Below are positions 32,801 to 43,736 of a stretch of DNA of 64,000 nucleotides, in pieces. A program made the translations under genes and the position numbers. A model generated the notes under the pieces. The model saw nothing but the letters and a program-made list of their open reading frames with translations. It ran no database searches and was not told where the DNA came from. How positions within the stretch are numbered: position 1 is the first letter of the stretch; each line of letters starts with the position of its first letter. This DNA comes from Histomonas meleagridis 2922-C6/04-290x (taxonomy: Eukaryota; Protista; Parabasalia), in contig JAANOX010000101.1 of the NCBI GenBank assembly GCA_020184695.1, forward strand, positions 147,830 through 211,829. Reading direction: 5' to 3'.

Positions 32801-34075
32801 TTGTTGCATTTCTTCTTACATTTGAATTAATTGAACTTAATACAAAATATGTTTAACTATTTTGATCAAAAAGTATTTCATTCTTTTTCATTTTAAAATC
32901 ATTTTTTGATATTAATTACCAAAATTTTGTGCTCCTCTTTTAATTGCTTGTAGATATGGTTATTATGAAATTGTTAAATTACTTTTTACACATAAAGACA
33001 CAGATGTTACAATCAAAGATATTTAATGATTAATTTTATAATTTGTTTAATAGTTTTAATGTTTTTAAGTTATTTTTGGATTTTGTTCTAAATAAATAAA
33101 ACACCTCTTTTAAGTGCATGTCGAAATGGATTTGATGAAATTGTTGAATTTCTTCTTGAACAAAATCAATATGATATCAATTCAACAGATATTTTTCAAT
33201 ATTATTTAAAGTTTATATAAAAGAATTGATGTTTTCATTAATGTTTTGGATTTTATTATGAAGTGTTTGGACGCCATTATTGTTAGCAAGTGGATTTGGC
33301 TTCACAGAAATCGTTAGATTACTTTTAAAAATTGATGGAATAGATGTTAATGTTAAAGAAGTTTGATTTAATTACTTGTACTTTATTTTATTATTTTAAA
33401 GTTATCATTAAATTTTTGGAATTTGTTTAAAATACATTGGTCAGCGCTTACATGTGCATGTAAATTAGGATATTCAGAGACAGCTAAATTAATTCTTAAA
33501 CAAAAAGATGTTGATGTAAATATTACAACAGTTAATTTAACTCAAAAAATATTTATAGAAATAATTTAAAGTTTTAAACAAAAATTTGGAATTTATTTTT
33601 GTTGTTTTATACACCTCTTATGTTGGCTTGCATGGATAAACATCTTGAAATAGTTAAGATATTGATTAGAATGAAAGATATTGATCTTAATGCAAAAAAC
33701 ATTAATTTGTTTAATTTGAAAATTTTTTAGTAAATTGTTTGGAATTTAGTTTTTATACTTGATACAGCTCTGATAGTTGCAAGTTCTAAAGGACATATAG
33801 AAATTGTCGAATTACTTCTTAAGCAAAAAGGAATAGATGTAAATGCAAAAAATATTTTAATATTTTATAAAATATTTGTTTTTAATAATATCAAGTTTCA
33901 TTGTTATTTTTGGAATTTTTTGATTTAACTTAAAACAGCACTTCATTTAGCTAACGGAGTTCGCGAAATTCAGGAAATGCTTCTTAATCATAAGGATATT
34001 TTTGTAGGTAAGTTTTTAAATTCATCTATCCAAGAAGTTGAACTACGAAAAATAATAAGGTTAAAAGGTCTATGA
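29886..34075 (+). CDS. DUF3447-like + ankyrin-repeat protein D; 1 contiguous and 17 interrupted linkers
   Basis: Open N-terminal domain to about 31190, then a 170-nt periodic array of diverse, stop-free ankyrin segments; decoded stop TGA 34073-34075. Confidence 0.8.
31194..33934 (+). other. Micro-exon array D (17 units)
   Basis: Decoded HDGS, DKGW, NRGW, NNDW, DEGS, (DDE), HYGG, NFGF, RSGI, NDGG, KSDC, INGK, KDGW, VKGW, NKGY, ENGD, NQGK. Confidence 0.85.
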
Positions 34076-34214
34076 TTGTAATAATTAAGGATTTATATGT
34101 TAATTTAATAAAATTAATAAGAAAAAATTCGTTTTTTTTCAACAAGGAATTCTATGATTTATTTAAAGATTTCAATGGTTTACACGAATTCATTTAAAAA
34201 TAAACGCGCCAGAA

Positions 34215-34736
34215 ATGGAATCTAAAACAAGAGCTGTTTCGCTTGAAGTATGGAAACAAAAAGAAGCAGAAAGAATAAAGCAACTACAAAGAAAAGAAAT
34301 GGATATATTTATTAAAAAGATTAGGACGCAATGGAATGCACAACAAGCATCAGTTTCAAAAGAATGGGAACAAAAAGAAAGCATGATATATGATGGATTT
34401 TCTAAAATTGAGTCACTTATAAATGATTTTAAAGCAGCTACATCAGAACAAAAATCTCTTGAAAAACAATTAAAAGATTTGGAAGTTGAATATGAAAAAA
34501 TTCAAAAAATAAAAGTTGATAATACCAGAAACGAACGACTTAGTAACATTCATTCACTTCGTCTTGAGATACAAAAACTCGAAGAAGAACTTACAAAATC
34601 AGATGCTGAATTAAGAGCAGCAATTGAATCCAAAAACAGATATAAAAGACTCTTTCTCGAGTCAAACAAAGTCCTCAGAGAAATTATTGAGCAACAAAAG
34701 AAAGAAAAAAAAGAAAGATCCGAAAATCAGAAGTGA
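34215..34736 (+). CDS. Coiled-coil hypothetical protein
   Basis: 173-aa heptad-rich, charged ORF. Confidence 0.65.
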   Translation: MESKTRAVSLEVWKQKEAERIKQLQRKEMDIFIKKIRTQWNAQQASVSKEWEQKESMIYDGFSKIESLINDFKAATSEQKSLEKQLKDLEVEYEKIQKIKVDNTRNERLSNIHSLRLEIQKLEEELTKSDAELRAAIESKNRYKRLFLESNKVLREIIEQQKKEKKERSENQK

Positions 34737-34755
34737 ATAAATTATTGTACATTTA

Positions 34756-35358
34756 TCAATTCTTTGTAATTTGTGTATTCATAAATTGCCGTACAGATTG
34801 CATTAATTCTTTGCAGCCTGTTATTGCTACATTAACTGCGTTAACTACAAATTGTGAATCAATGCTTCCAATAACTTCAGTTTCAACAATTTCATCTTTT
34901 GACGGAAGTAATGCCACACGAATTGTGGTTTCACTTGGGGCAAATGGTACGAAATTCCCATTGACCAATCCGACTGTACAAGATATAACAAAATCGCTCA
35001 TTTGAATTCCAGCATCTAAAAGAGCCAATGAGCCTGCGAGTGTGGTAGCATCAGCGATAGAGCCTCCTCTTGAAATTATTGTAATTGAAACTCTGATTAA
35101 AGTTTTAAAATAAACATCGTTACAAATAGCAGATGAAAAAATATGTAAAAATTTATGTTGTAGCCCTTCTAGAGGAGCATTTTGATCCCAAGCGTCTTCA
35201 ATAACACAATCAATAATTCCTGTTTTTGAAGAATCTTGTTGATTTTCGGGTTCAATTGGCCCATAAACAGCAGCAAATACTTTTGTGCCATTTAGTTCAA
35301 CATAAGAAGAACCAGCAGCTCCTTTAATATCTCCAATCCTAAGCCCAAGTTGTGTCAT
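34756..35358 (-). CDS. RNA exosome RNase PH-like core subunit (Rrp41/Mtr3/Rrp46 group)
   Basis: GAAGSSYVELNGTKVFAAVYGP and GSLALLDAGIQMSDFV motifs. Confidence 0.8.
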   Translation of the reverse strand: MTQLGLRIGDIKGAAGSSYVELNGTKVFAAVYGPIEPENQQDSSKTGIIDCVIEDAWDQNAPLEGLQHKFLHIFSSAICNDVYFKTLIRVSITIISRGGSIADATTLAGSLALLDAGIQMSDFVISCTVGLVNGNFVPFAPSETTIRVALLPSKDEIVETEVIGSIDSQFVVNAVNVAITGCKELMQSVRQFMNTQITKN

Positions 35359-35435
35359 CTAAATCAGAAGCTTTGGTCAGATGAAAATAAACCATTGAAT
35401 TATCAGAAACCGATTTGAAAGTGTCACTTTTCATA

Positions 35436-36944
35436 ATGAGCAAAACTCCTCGCTCGCAGCTTCATGCAGAAACAGTAACACTAACCTTTCTTCTCTCGTG
35501 CCAATACTGGAAGAACTTCAAAAGAAACATAAAAGTAGAGCATACTTTAAACGATGGAATTTATTGTACTGATTTGGCAAGGAATCCAATAACCGAAGAA
35601 ATGTGCCAAAAGTTGACAGCTTCAATTAATGAGATCCTTGAAAGCGATCAACCTATCGAGATAGTCACAATGAAGCACTCAAAACTTTGCGATTATTTCC
35701 AAGAGCGAAATCAAATTGACAAAGTTAATGTGTTGAAAACATGGCAAGACAATGAAATCTCATGTATTAAGTATGAAGACTTTCTTGATTACATCATAGA
35801 GCCATGTTCAACTGATAAAGATCGACTCAAAATATTCGAAATTAGAAAATATGCAGATGGACTTGTTTTACGATCACCAACATTTTTCGCAGGAGATGTA
35901 ATTCCAGAATTCAAAGATCCAGAAGTACTTCATCAAATGTTCCAAGAATATTCAGAATGGGCCAAACTTCTCAAGTGTGAGTATGCTTCAAACCTCAACC
36001 AACTGATCTTTGATCGTAAAGTAGATGGAATCAAATGGGTTGCTGAAGGTCTTCATGAGCAAAAACTAGCCACAATTGCAGATCATCTTGTAGCTAATTT
36101 CGACAAGAAGAAGATCATTACCATTGCCGGTCCATCATCCTCTAACAAGACCACATTTGCCAAACGTCTTGCAATCTCACTTCGTGTTGTCGGCTATCAA
36201 TCAGTCATCATCGAAATGGACGACTACTTCAAGGACAACTCCGAGATCCCGTTCGGCCCCGACGGCCTTCAAGATTTTGAGCATGTTTCCACTCTCAACA
36301 TCAAACTTTTGAGTGAGCGAGTTAACGATCTCCTGAGTGGCAAAACCGTTCCGCGCCGCAAATTTGTATTCAAAAAGGGTGTTGGCGAAGACAGCACCAC
36401 TGAGTTCATCACTCTTCCTCCCAACTGCTTCCTTATACTTGAAGGCATCCACGGACTTAATCCTATTCTTCTTAACGCATTTGGAGCAGATCGAGTTTGT
36501 CCAATATATGTATCAGCACTTACTCCAATTAATATAGACTCAACTCATAGATTCCCAACAGCGTCATTACGTTTGATAAGAAGACTCGTTCGTGACTTTA
36601 AGTTCCGTGGTCATTCACCACGTAAAACTCTCCAAAGATGGGTAAGCGTCCGTAAAGGAGAAGAAAATAATATATTCCCATTCCAGGCAAACGCGGAGTT
36701 ATTCTTTAACTCGGCATTGGTTTATGAGCTTCCAGTTTTGTCGATTTACGCAAAAGGACTTTTGGCTGAAGCATCAATTCCTGGTCCTGATGAAGATCCC
36801 GATTCTCCTCAATCACAAGAGGTAACAAAGGAGGCTTTGAGGCTTCAAGGATTCCTTAACTTCTTTTACCCACTCTCTGTTGAAATAGTTCCACACACCT
36901 CTTGTTTAAGAGAGTTCGTTGGCGGTTCCGATCTAAAGTACTGA
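35436..36944 (+). CDS. Uridine/nucleoside kinase family protein with an N-terminal ThrRS-like domain
   Basis: P-loop variant IAGPSSSNKTT, MDDYF, LILEGIHGLNP, RLIRRLVRD...RG, GEENNIFPFQ...FNSAL.YEL motifs. Confidence 0.8.
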   Translation: MSKTPRSQLHAETVTLTFLLSCQYWKNFKRNIKVEHTLNDGIYCTDLARNPITEEMCQKLTASINEILESDQPIEIVTMKHSKLCDYFQERNQIDKVNVLKTWQDNEISCIKYEDFLDYIIEPCSTDKDRLKIFEIRKYADGLVLRSPTFFAGDVIPEFKDPEVLHQMFQEYSEWAKLLKCEYASNLNQLIFDRKVDGIKWVAEGLHEQKLATIADHLVANFDKKKIITIAGPSSSNKTTFAKRLAISLRVVGYQSVIIEMDDYFKDNSEIPFGPDGLQDFEHVSTLNIKLLSERVNDLLSGKTVPRRKFVFKKGVGEDSTTEFITLPPNCFLILEGIHGLNPILLNAFGADRVCPIYVSALTPINIDSTHRFPTASLRLIRRLVRDFKFRGHSPRKTLQRWVSVRKGEENNIFPFQANAELFFNSALVYELPVLSIYAKGLLAEASIPGPDEDPDSPQSQEVTKEALRLQGFLNFFYPLSVEIVPHTSCLREFVGGSDLKY

Positions 36945-36963
36945 AATAAATCAATGATTCTGC

Positions 36964-37048
36964 TTTGCTTCCGTGATTTCCATATTTATGACTTCCGAGG
37001 AAATATAAAAAAATTGAGTATATTACAATTTTATGTTGAGTAAATATA
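36964..37048 (-). repeat. 85-bp dispersed repeat, copy 2
   Basis: Inverted copy of 26401-26485. Confidence 0.8.
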
Positions 37049-37180
37049 AAAAATATAGAAATTGTATACCGAATGTCTGTTCATTTTTGAGCATTGAAGA
37101 CAAAATATTAATTCATATATACTATCATATATATTGATGAGATAGAATTTCTTTATATAAATGTTTAAATTCATTCTTTA

Positions 37181-38918
37181 CAGATTTGAATAAAAATGTA
37201 CTAACCCCTGTTGCACTTTTTCAATTCACTTTTTTGAAAAAAACAAAAATATCCTTTTATCTACTTATTTGATGAGAAAATAAACTTATATGTTTGTTGT
37301 CAATTTTTTTAGATTTTGTTGTTTTTATGTTTATAACTTAATATTGTCCTCAAGTGAAGTGATATGTTAATTTTTAGAAATATTAATATTTTCACTTTCT
37401 TTCTTCACACATCAGATATTTTAAATTATTTGTGTGTTTATTCAAAAGAACCTTCTGGGAAGTATTCCTTGTTAATAAATCTCCACTTGGTGTTTCTTCG
37501 TTTTTAAGATAAAGTTGATTCATCAAAATTGATGTTCCATATTCCAAGTAATTCGAATGAATTTCTCACTTTTTCCTCATCAAAAATGATTCTCCTTAAG
37601 TTATCATCAAGTTCAGACATAATTCCAGCTCTTTCACAGCTAGCGCGCACATTTGTGCTGGTCGTAACCTGTTCATAAGCCCGAAATATTTTTTCGATTA
37701 AAGCAGCAACATCATTCAAAGTTTCCTTTGGAGTAAGTCCCTTTTTTACATTTTTTAGTTCACCAAATATTACAAGATCAAGCATCTGGAAAATGTTTGA
37801 GGTATGGAAAAGAAATGTAATTACAATTACTCGATTTTTAGCGAGTATTTTCAAAATCTCGGGGTCACAATGTGTTGAATGATTATATATTGATAAAACT
37901 GCGAATTCATTTGAAAATCCATCGATGGATACTCCTATGACTACTCACATATTATAATAGAAATACTTTGGTTATGTATTCATAAAATATATCTTTTGTC
38001 ACATAAGGTGAATTATATATCGATATTTTTAAATCTATATCTTCCTTCACACATGTTCAAAAAATTTGTTTCGCTTGGGGGCTGGTAGCAATAACCATTG
38101 GCACAATTGCATCCCCTGCTGCGCTAACGCATGCTAGTTATGTTTGATGACTTACTGAGCGCTTTACTGGAACCATTACTGATTTTTGGCATAAATTTCT
38201 AGGAGCAATAACAGTTTTTATTATCTTATCTTCCCACTCACTTGACCCCATTTCATCAATGTCAAACACAAGTTCAGCAGAAAGCTTCCCCGAACAAATA
38301 TTTCTTTATATTTTCAATATGTTTGTCCAAAAAAATTCTTGGTACGCTCAATCTTGTGTTATCTTGGGGAATTGCTTTTGTGAAACCGATTTGTTAAACG
38401 TTTTTTCCAAATAATCCCGAGAGCCATCCTTTTGATATTTCTTGATGAAACTGCTCTCTTATGTAGTGCAGAAGTTCTTATTTTGTAACAAATTTGTTTT
38501 TATCTGCCATATCAAATATATATTTCAATATTTGTTCTTTTTCTTCATCATAAAAAATTTTGGGACGTCCCAACTCTTTTTTTATGTTTTTTGCCTTTTT
38601 TCTGATATTTGCGATTACACCATGACTTGTGCCAAATATTTCTTTTAATCTTTTGTTATTTAGCAAAGTATGGCATTCTGATTTGCAATACCCGTATAAA
38701 AATGACTTGTTCGTTTCTAGTTTGTAGCTCCAAAAAATCAGGATTTCTTAATGAAGCTCTTCGATCTGATAGGCTTAAGCTAGTGTGATTTAGCCTTTCT
38801 CTTAAGATATCAATCGAGATAGCTGGAGCTTTGCGTAGATCGCTTGTTTTTTACATTTTTCTCAAAAAAGTGAAGTGAAAAAGTGCAACAGGGGTTAGTA
38901 CATTTTTATTCATATCTG
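37181..38918 (-). mobile_element. Decayed pogo/Tc1-mariner-superfamily DNA transposon (1738 bp)
   Basis: About 60-bp TIRs beginning CAGAT(T/A)TGAATAAAAATGTACTAACCCCTGTTGCAC; TA at 37179-80 and 38919-20; frameshifted transposase fragments: HTH (GRPKIF), FDIDEMG, NHSTHC, HTSNIFQMLD. Confidence 0.85.
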
Positions 38919-38936
38919 TATATACAAAATGTAATT

Positions 38937-41152
38937 TCATTCTTGTTCAAGAAGTAATTTAACTATTTCTGTATGACCATATTCAGATGCATATTCTAGT
39001 GCTGTATTAAATAATTTAAATAATTTCCAAATATTATTTTGAAATATAAAATTATTAAAACAAATATCAAATAAAATAAATAAATATCTTTAGCATTAAT
39101 ATTAATTCCTTTTTGTTCAAGAAGTAATTTAACTATTTCTGTATAACCATATTCAGATGCATATTTTAGTGCTGTATTAAATATTTTGAATAATTTCCAA
39201 ATATTATTTTGAAATATTAAATTATTAATATAAATTATATTTTTAGCATTAATATCAATTCCTTCTTGTTCAAGAAGTAATTTAACTATTTCCGTGTGAT
39301 GATATCTAGTTGCTAAATTAAGTGCTGTATCAAATAATTTAAATAATTTCCAAATATTATTTTGAAATATAAAATTATTAAAACAAATTATATCTTTAGC
39401 ATTTACATCAATTCCTTCTTGTTCAAGAAGTAATTTAATAATTTCTTTATGACCATTATCAGTTGCTTTCATAAGTGCTGTAAAAAATAATTTGAAAAAA
39501 TTCCAAATAATATTTTGAAAATCCAAATTATTAAAATATATTGGAAATAAAACAAATAAATATTTTTAGCATTTACATCAATTCCTTCTTTTCCAAGAAG
39601 TAATTTAACTATTTCAATTATACCATAAAAAGACGCAATAATAAGTGCTGTATCATATAATTTAAATAATTTCCAAATATTATTTCGAAACAGAAAATTA
39701 CTAAAACGAACATTAAATAAAATAAATAATCTTTAGCATTTACATCAATTCCTTCTTGTTCAAGAAGTAATTTAACTATTTCTGTATGACCATATTCAGA
39801 TGCATATTTTAGTGCTGTATTAAATAATTTAAATAATTTCCAAATATTATTTTGAAATATAAAATTATTAAAACAAATATCAAATAAAATAAATAAATAT
39901 CTTTAGCATTAATATTAATTCCTTTTTGCTGTAAGATATAATTAACAAGTTCAATGTTTCCTGATTCTGCTGAGAAAACTAAAATATCATTTGGAATTTG
40001 ATAAAATTTAAGAAAATATTTAGTGAGAAGCAAATTTCCAATTCTTGATGATTCATTGATAATATAGTTGTTAATTTTCATTCCTTTTTCTTGTAAAAAT
40101 GAAAATATTTCATAATTATGATACAAAATACAAATTTTTCCTAATTCTTCTAAACTGTATGTTCTTAATATATCATCATTGTATACTTCTTCCAATTTGT
40201 TTTCGTAAATATACTTAAAGATATCATTTCGATGATATTTAATTGCTGTTTCATATGCATCTTTAAATGATAAATGATTTTGTTCATATATGTGAAATAT
40301 TTCTTCATTTCCACCTGCAATTGCATTCCGAACAAAAATCATTTTTGCATTATTTAAAAACAAATATTTAAAACATTTAATTGATCCAAAAAATGCTGCA
40401 TAATCAGTTAATGAAACATTCCATTGATTAATAAATGAATATCTTTCATATATTGATGGTTTAATACATTGTTTAAAATCAAAATTTTCTTGTGATGATA
40501 TTTCTTGAAGCTTTTCGATATCATCATTTCGAATGATTCTCGCAATTTCATTTGGATTAACTCCTTCGTTAATTAATTTTTTATGAAGTTCAAAATCATT
40601 TGCTGAAAGTTCCTCAAAATGTGCAAAAAATCTTTTTAATTGCTCAGATCCTAATGGGGAAACTCTATCTTCTATAAAGTAAGGATTTTTAGCGAAAGAA
40701 ATTTGTAAACGTAATTTATCGATTTCGTTTTCTGGCATATAATGTATAAAATAAACATATTCTTCATTTTGAACGATTTTGGGTTCAAGTAAATTGTTTT
40801 TAATCATCTTTTCAAGAAGATATTTTGATTCTTCATTTCGCTGTTTTAGAAGATAACGCGTAAATACATCAAATATTTTAGATTTGCTTTTGTTGTTTTC
40901 TTCAAATGTTTCAATTTTCTTCAAGAATTCAAAATAAATTTGGAAGTTATTTTTTCTCAAAGAATAAAATAAAAATACAATTTGACTTATAATTATATTA
41001 AAAGATAACGAATAATTTTCTTCGAAATTATTAATTATCGAATTTATTGAATATTCAATATTTTCTTCATTTAGTTCAGAAACTTTTTTTGTGATTGAAG
41101 TAAGGATTTCCCATCCATTCTGCCAGATGTTTATAAAATTCTTTTTTTCCAT
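38937..41152 (-). CDS. DUF3447-like + ankyrin-repeat protein E; 6 interrupted linkers
   Basis: Open N-terminal domain; spacers 80, 77, 80, 63, 63, 80 nt; decoded stop TGA 38939-38937. Confidence 0.8.
39006..39898 (-). other. Micro-exon array E
   Basis: Decoded DYGN, NSGD, PGGF, FYGD, FNGN, DYGN. Confidence 0.8.
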
Positions 41153-41830
41153 TTAAAGTGATATCAACGGTTAAGTATCGGCGCTACGAACCACCCCGAA
41201 TTTTTAACTGCTTTTAAACAAATTGATATCTAATAAACTTACTTAGAAATCATCAAAATAAAAAATTCTTTTTAATTCAAATAAAAATGGAAATATTCTA
41301 ATTAAAAACAAAATGAATATTCTTTTTAAGTTTAAAAAATTTGAAATATTTCCTTAACACACCAAATATACTAAAATGTATTTGGTGTTAGCTTATAACA
41401 CATAAACCACCCGAATAGCACAATTTTATAATTGTTTTCCCTATTATTTTTGATGAGTTAAAACATGCTCCAATTTTCAAAATGCTTGAAGGGTTCCCAT
41501 AAATTCTTACTGATCTCACTAAAGAGGTACATGCATGAAGAAATTCCAATAGTGTATAAATACGCTTTAACTTTGATCTCTAATTATTTCAGTGTAACAT
41601 GATTTTACAAGTGCAAAAATTCATGAATAAAATGAGTCACCATGAAACAATTTTTTTTTCGAAAAGTTAATTTGTTAAAAGTTAATTTAAAAGTAAATTT
41701 GTTAAAAGTTAATTTAATTTGAAAATTAAAAAAAAAATTAATTCTACATTCATATTAAAAAACATATGATCAAACAATTGTTTACTCTATTTTTTAAATA
41801 AAAACATGTTAAAATCATGAAAAATTTTGG

Positions 41831-42508
41831 TCAATTGATTAACTCATTGAGCTTTGAATTGATATCCTGTGAAAAGCAGAACATATTTAATTTGTACTTT
41901 GCATTGACTACGTCCTTTATAAAGAAGTATGAAAGAGCTAACAAATAAATAATTAATTCCGAAATCAGCTCTGAAAAACGACTATTTATTAAACTTGGAA
42001 CACTAAAAACAAAGTATATCAATTTGTCAGAGATCCTATGTCCATTTAAATTAAAATGTTTTGTTGGTTCTTTCCGGAGCCAATAACAAATTATGTACAT
42101 TGATATCATTTGATCAAAAAGCATTACTGTAGGTGAAAATAACGCATATATAAAAATGCCAGTAAAGCCAAAAAGTAGGAAAATAATATAATCAAATGGC
42201 TTACTTGAAAAATAATTAATTTCGACTTCAGCTGAAAAAAATATAAAAGTAGAAATACGACACAGTGAAGAACTACTAATAGATCCAAAGCAAAATAATG
42301 CTGTGAAAATTCTCCACCATTCTTTATGTCTGAATATCAGATCAAAATTGAAGTATAGTTGTGGGATTGTAAAAATCTTGAAATAAATGAGAAATGAAAA
42401 AATGAGTGAGATAACTAATAATATTCTAGAAATGGGAAATCTTGTTTTTTCCCAAAACATAATATTTTGTGAAACTTTGTTCGATTGTAAAATTTTACCT
42501 TTCTTCAT
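41831..42508 (-). CDS. Derlin (Der1-like) ERAD membrane protein
   Basis: PISRI start, EWWRIFTALFCFG motif, E..YF...P.DY, multiple TM helices. Confidence 0.75.
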   Translation of the reverse strand: MKKGKILQSNKVSQNIMFWEKTRFPISRILLVISLIFSFLIYFKIFTIPQLYFNFDLIFRHKEWWRIFTALFCFGSISSSSLCRISTFIFFSAEVEINYFSSKPFDYIIFLLFGFTGIFIYALFSPTVMLFDQMISMYIICYWLRKEPTKHFNLNGHRISDKLIYFVFSVPSLINSRFSELISELIIYLLALSYFFIKDVVNAKYKLNMFCFSQDINSKLNELIN

Positions 42509-43736
42509 TAACCAAAGTAATAATCAAATTCAGATCTAAAGACTTTCATGAAATTAATGTATTTATCAATATATTGGAAAATTTACCAAATTAAAAAGTT
42601 ATGCATAACTTTGGATGTTGGGGCACAATAGAAAATGATAAAGCTTTAGTATTTTGGTCTTATCAAATTCGCTCTTCTTCACCAGAAAGAATTGTTCCAC
42701 CCGATATACCATCAACTTTATATCCTAAATTAGGAATATTCGTCACATAATGAATTTATCCTAAGACATCACTGTTCTATCCTATCATCAATTGGAATTG
42801 ATGCTATGTTTTTATGTTATTTTGGAACCAACCATTCTGATTTCTTTAATGTTGGTTTTGATAAGTTTTCAATACAAACACTTGGTCTTTTAATAAATAT
42901 TGTACCTGACTAAACATTAAAGTAGGAATTTTTATACCTTTTTACAATTCACAAAATTATTATTCTTTAGAATCAGATATCAATTATTTTTGTCAAAACT
43001 ATAAAGATAATCCATCTGTATTCTCTATTGATAACAAACCTGTTATATTATTTTCAGAGTCCAATTTCATCAATTCGTCTTTTCTTCCAACTTTGATATC
43101 TCAATTTCCAAATCTTTTCTTTTCAATACAATCTCTTATTCAAGTGATGTTAGAGCATCAATGGAGGAGGGTTATGATGGTATTTTCACACTAGATGCTT
43201 CAGAAGGTCATATTTATGCATCCACAATTTCGGATTGGAAATTGATTAGTTCGATTTCATCCTAAAGAAAAAACATGTTCTTTATTCCCACAGTATCACC
43301 TGGTTTCAACAATACACAAACGTAGTCGTGAAAATGGTGAATATTACAATCAAATGTGGAAAGCTGCAATTGAAGCAAATCCACCCGCTGTGTTAATAAA
43401 CTCTTTTAATAAGCAATAATGATTGAACCTGCAATCGAACATGGTAAATACAAATAGAATAAAGATATTTGGAGCGAATATGGCATTGGATATCAAAGTT
43501 CAAAAAACTTTCGATATGAAAATTCACAAATCATTTATTGTTATTAATAAAATATTTTTACTTAATTTTTCTATCTCGTTCATTTTGTATCATGAAGATT
43601 TGAATATTGTAATTTATTTCTGAAACTTTTGTTTCCATTTGGAAATGAAAAATTTGCTAAAAGTAAAATGTTCTACAGTAAGTATTTATTGATAATTTAA
43701 GATCATTTCTTAGCATTTCGAGCCAATGTTTGGTTC

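Noticed and set aside
31194-33934. 170-nt periodic array as a CRISPR-like or satellite repeat
   Set aside because: The conserved part is protein-coding ankyrin sequence with amino-acid-level divergence. There are no identical direct repeats, no cas genes, and the context is eukaryotic.
42540-43620. Gene-like fragmented sequence between Derlin and the coiled-coil remnant
   Set aside because: There are stops in all frames, no identifiable domain, and no 17+3 register that I could detect.
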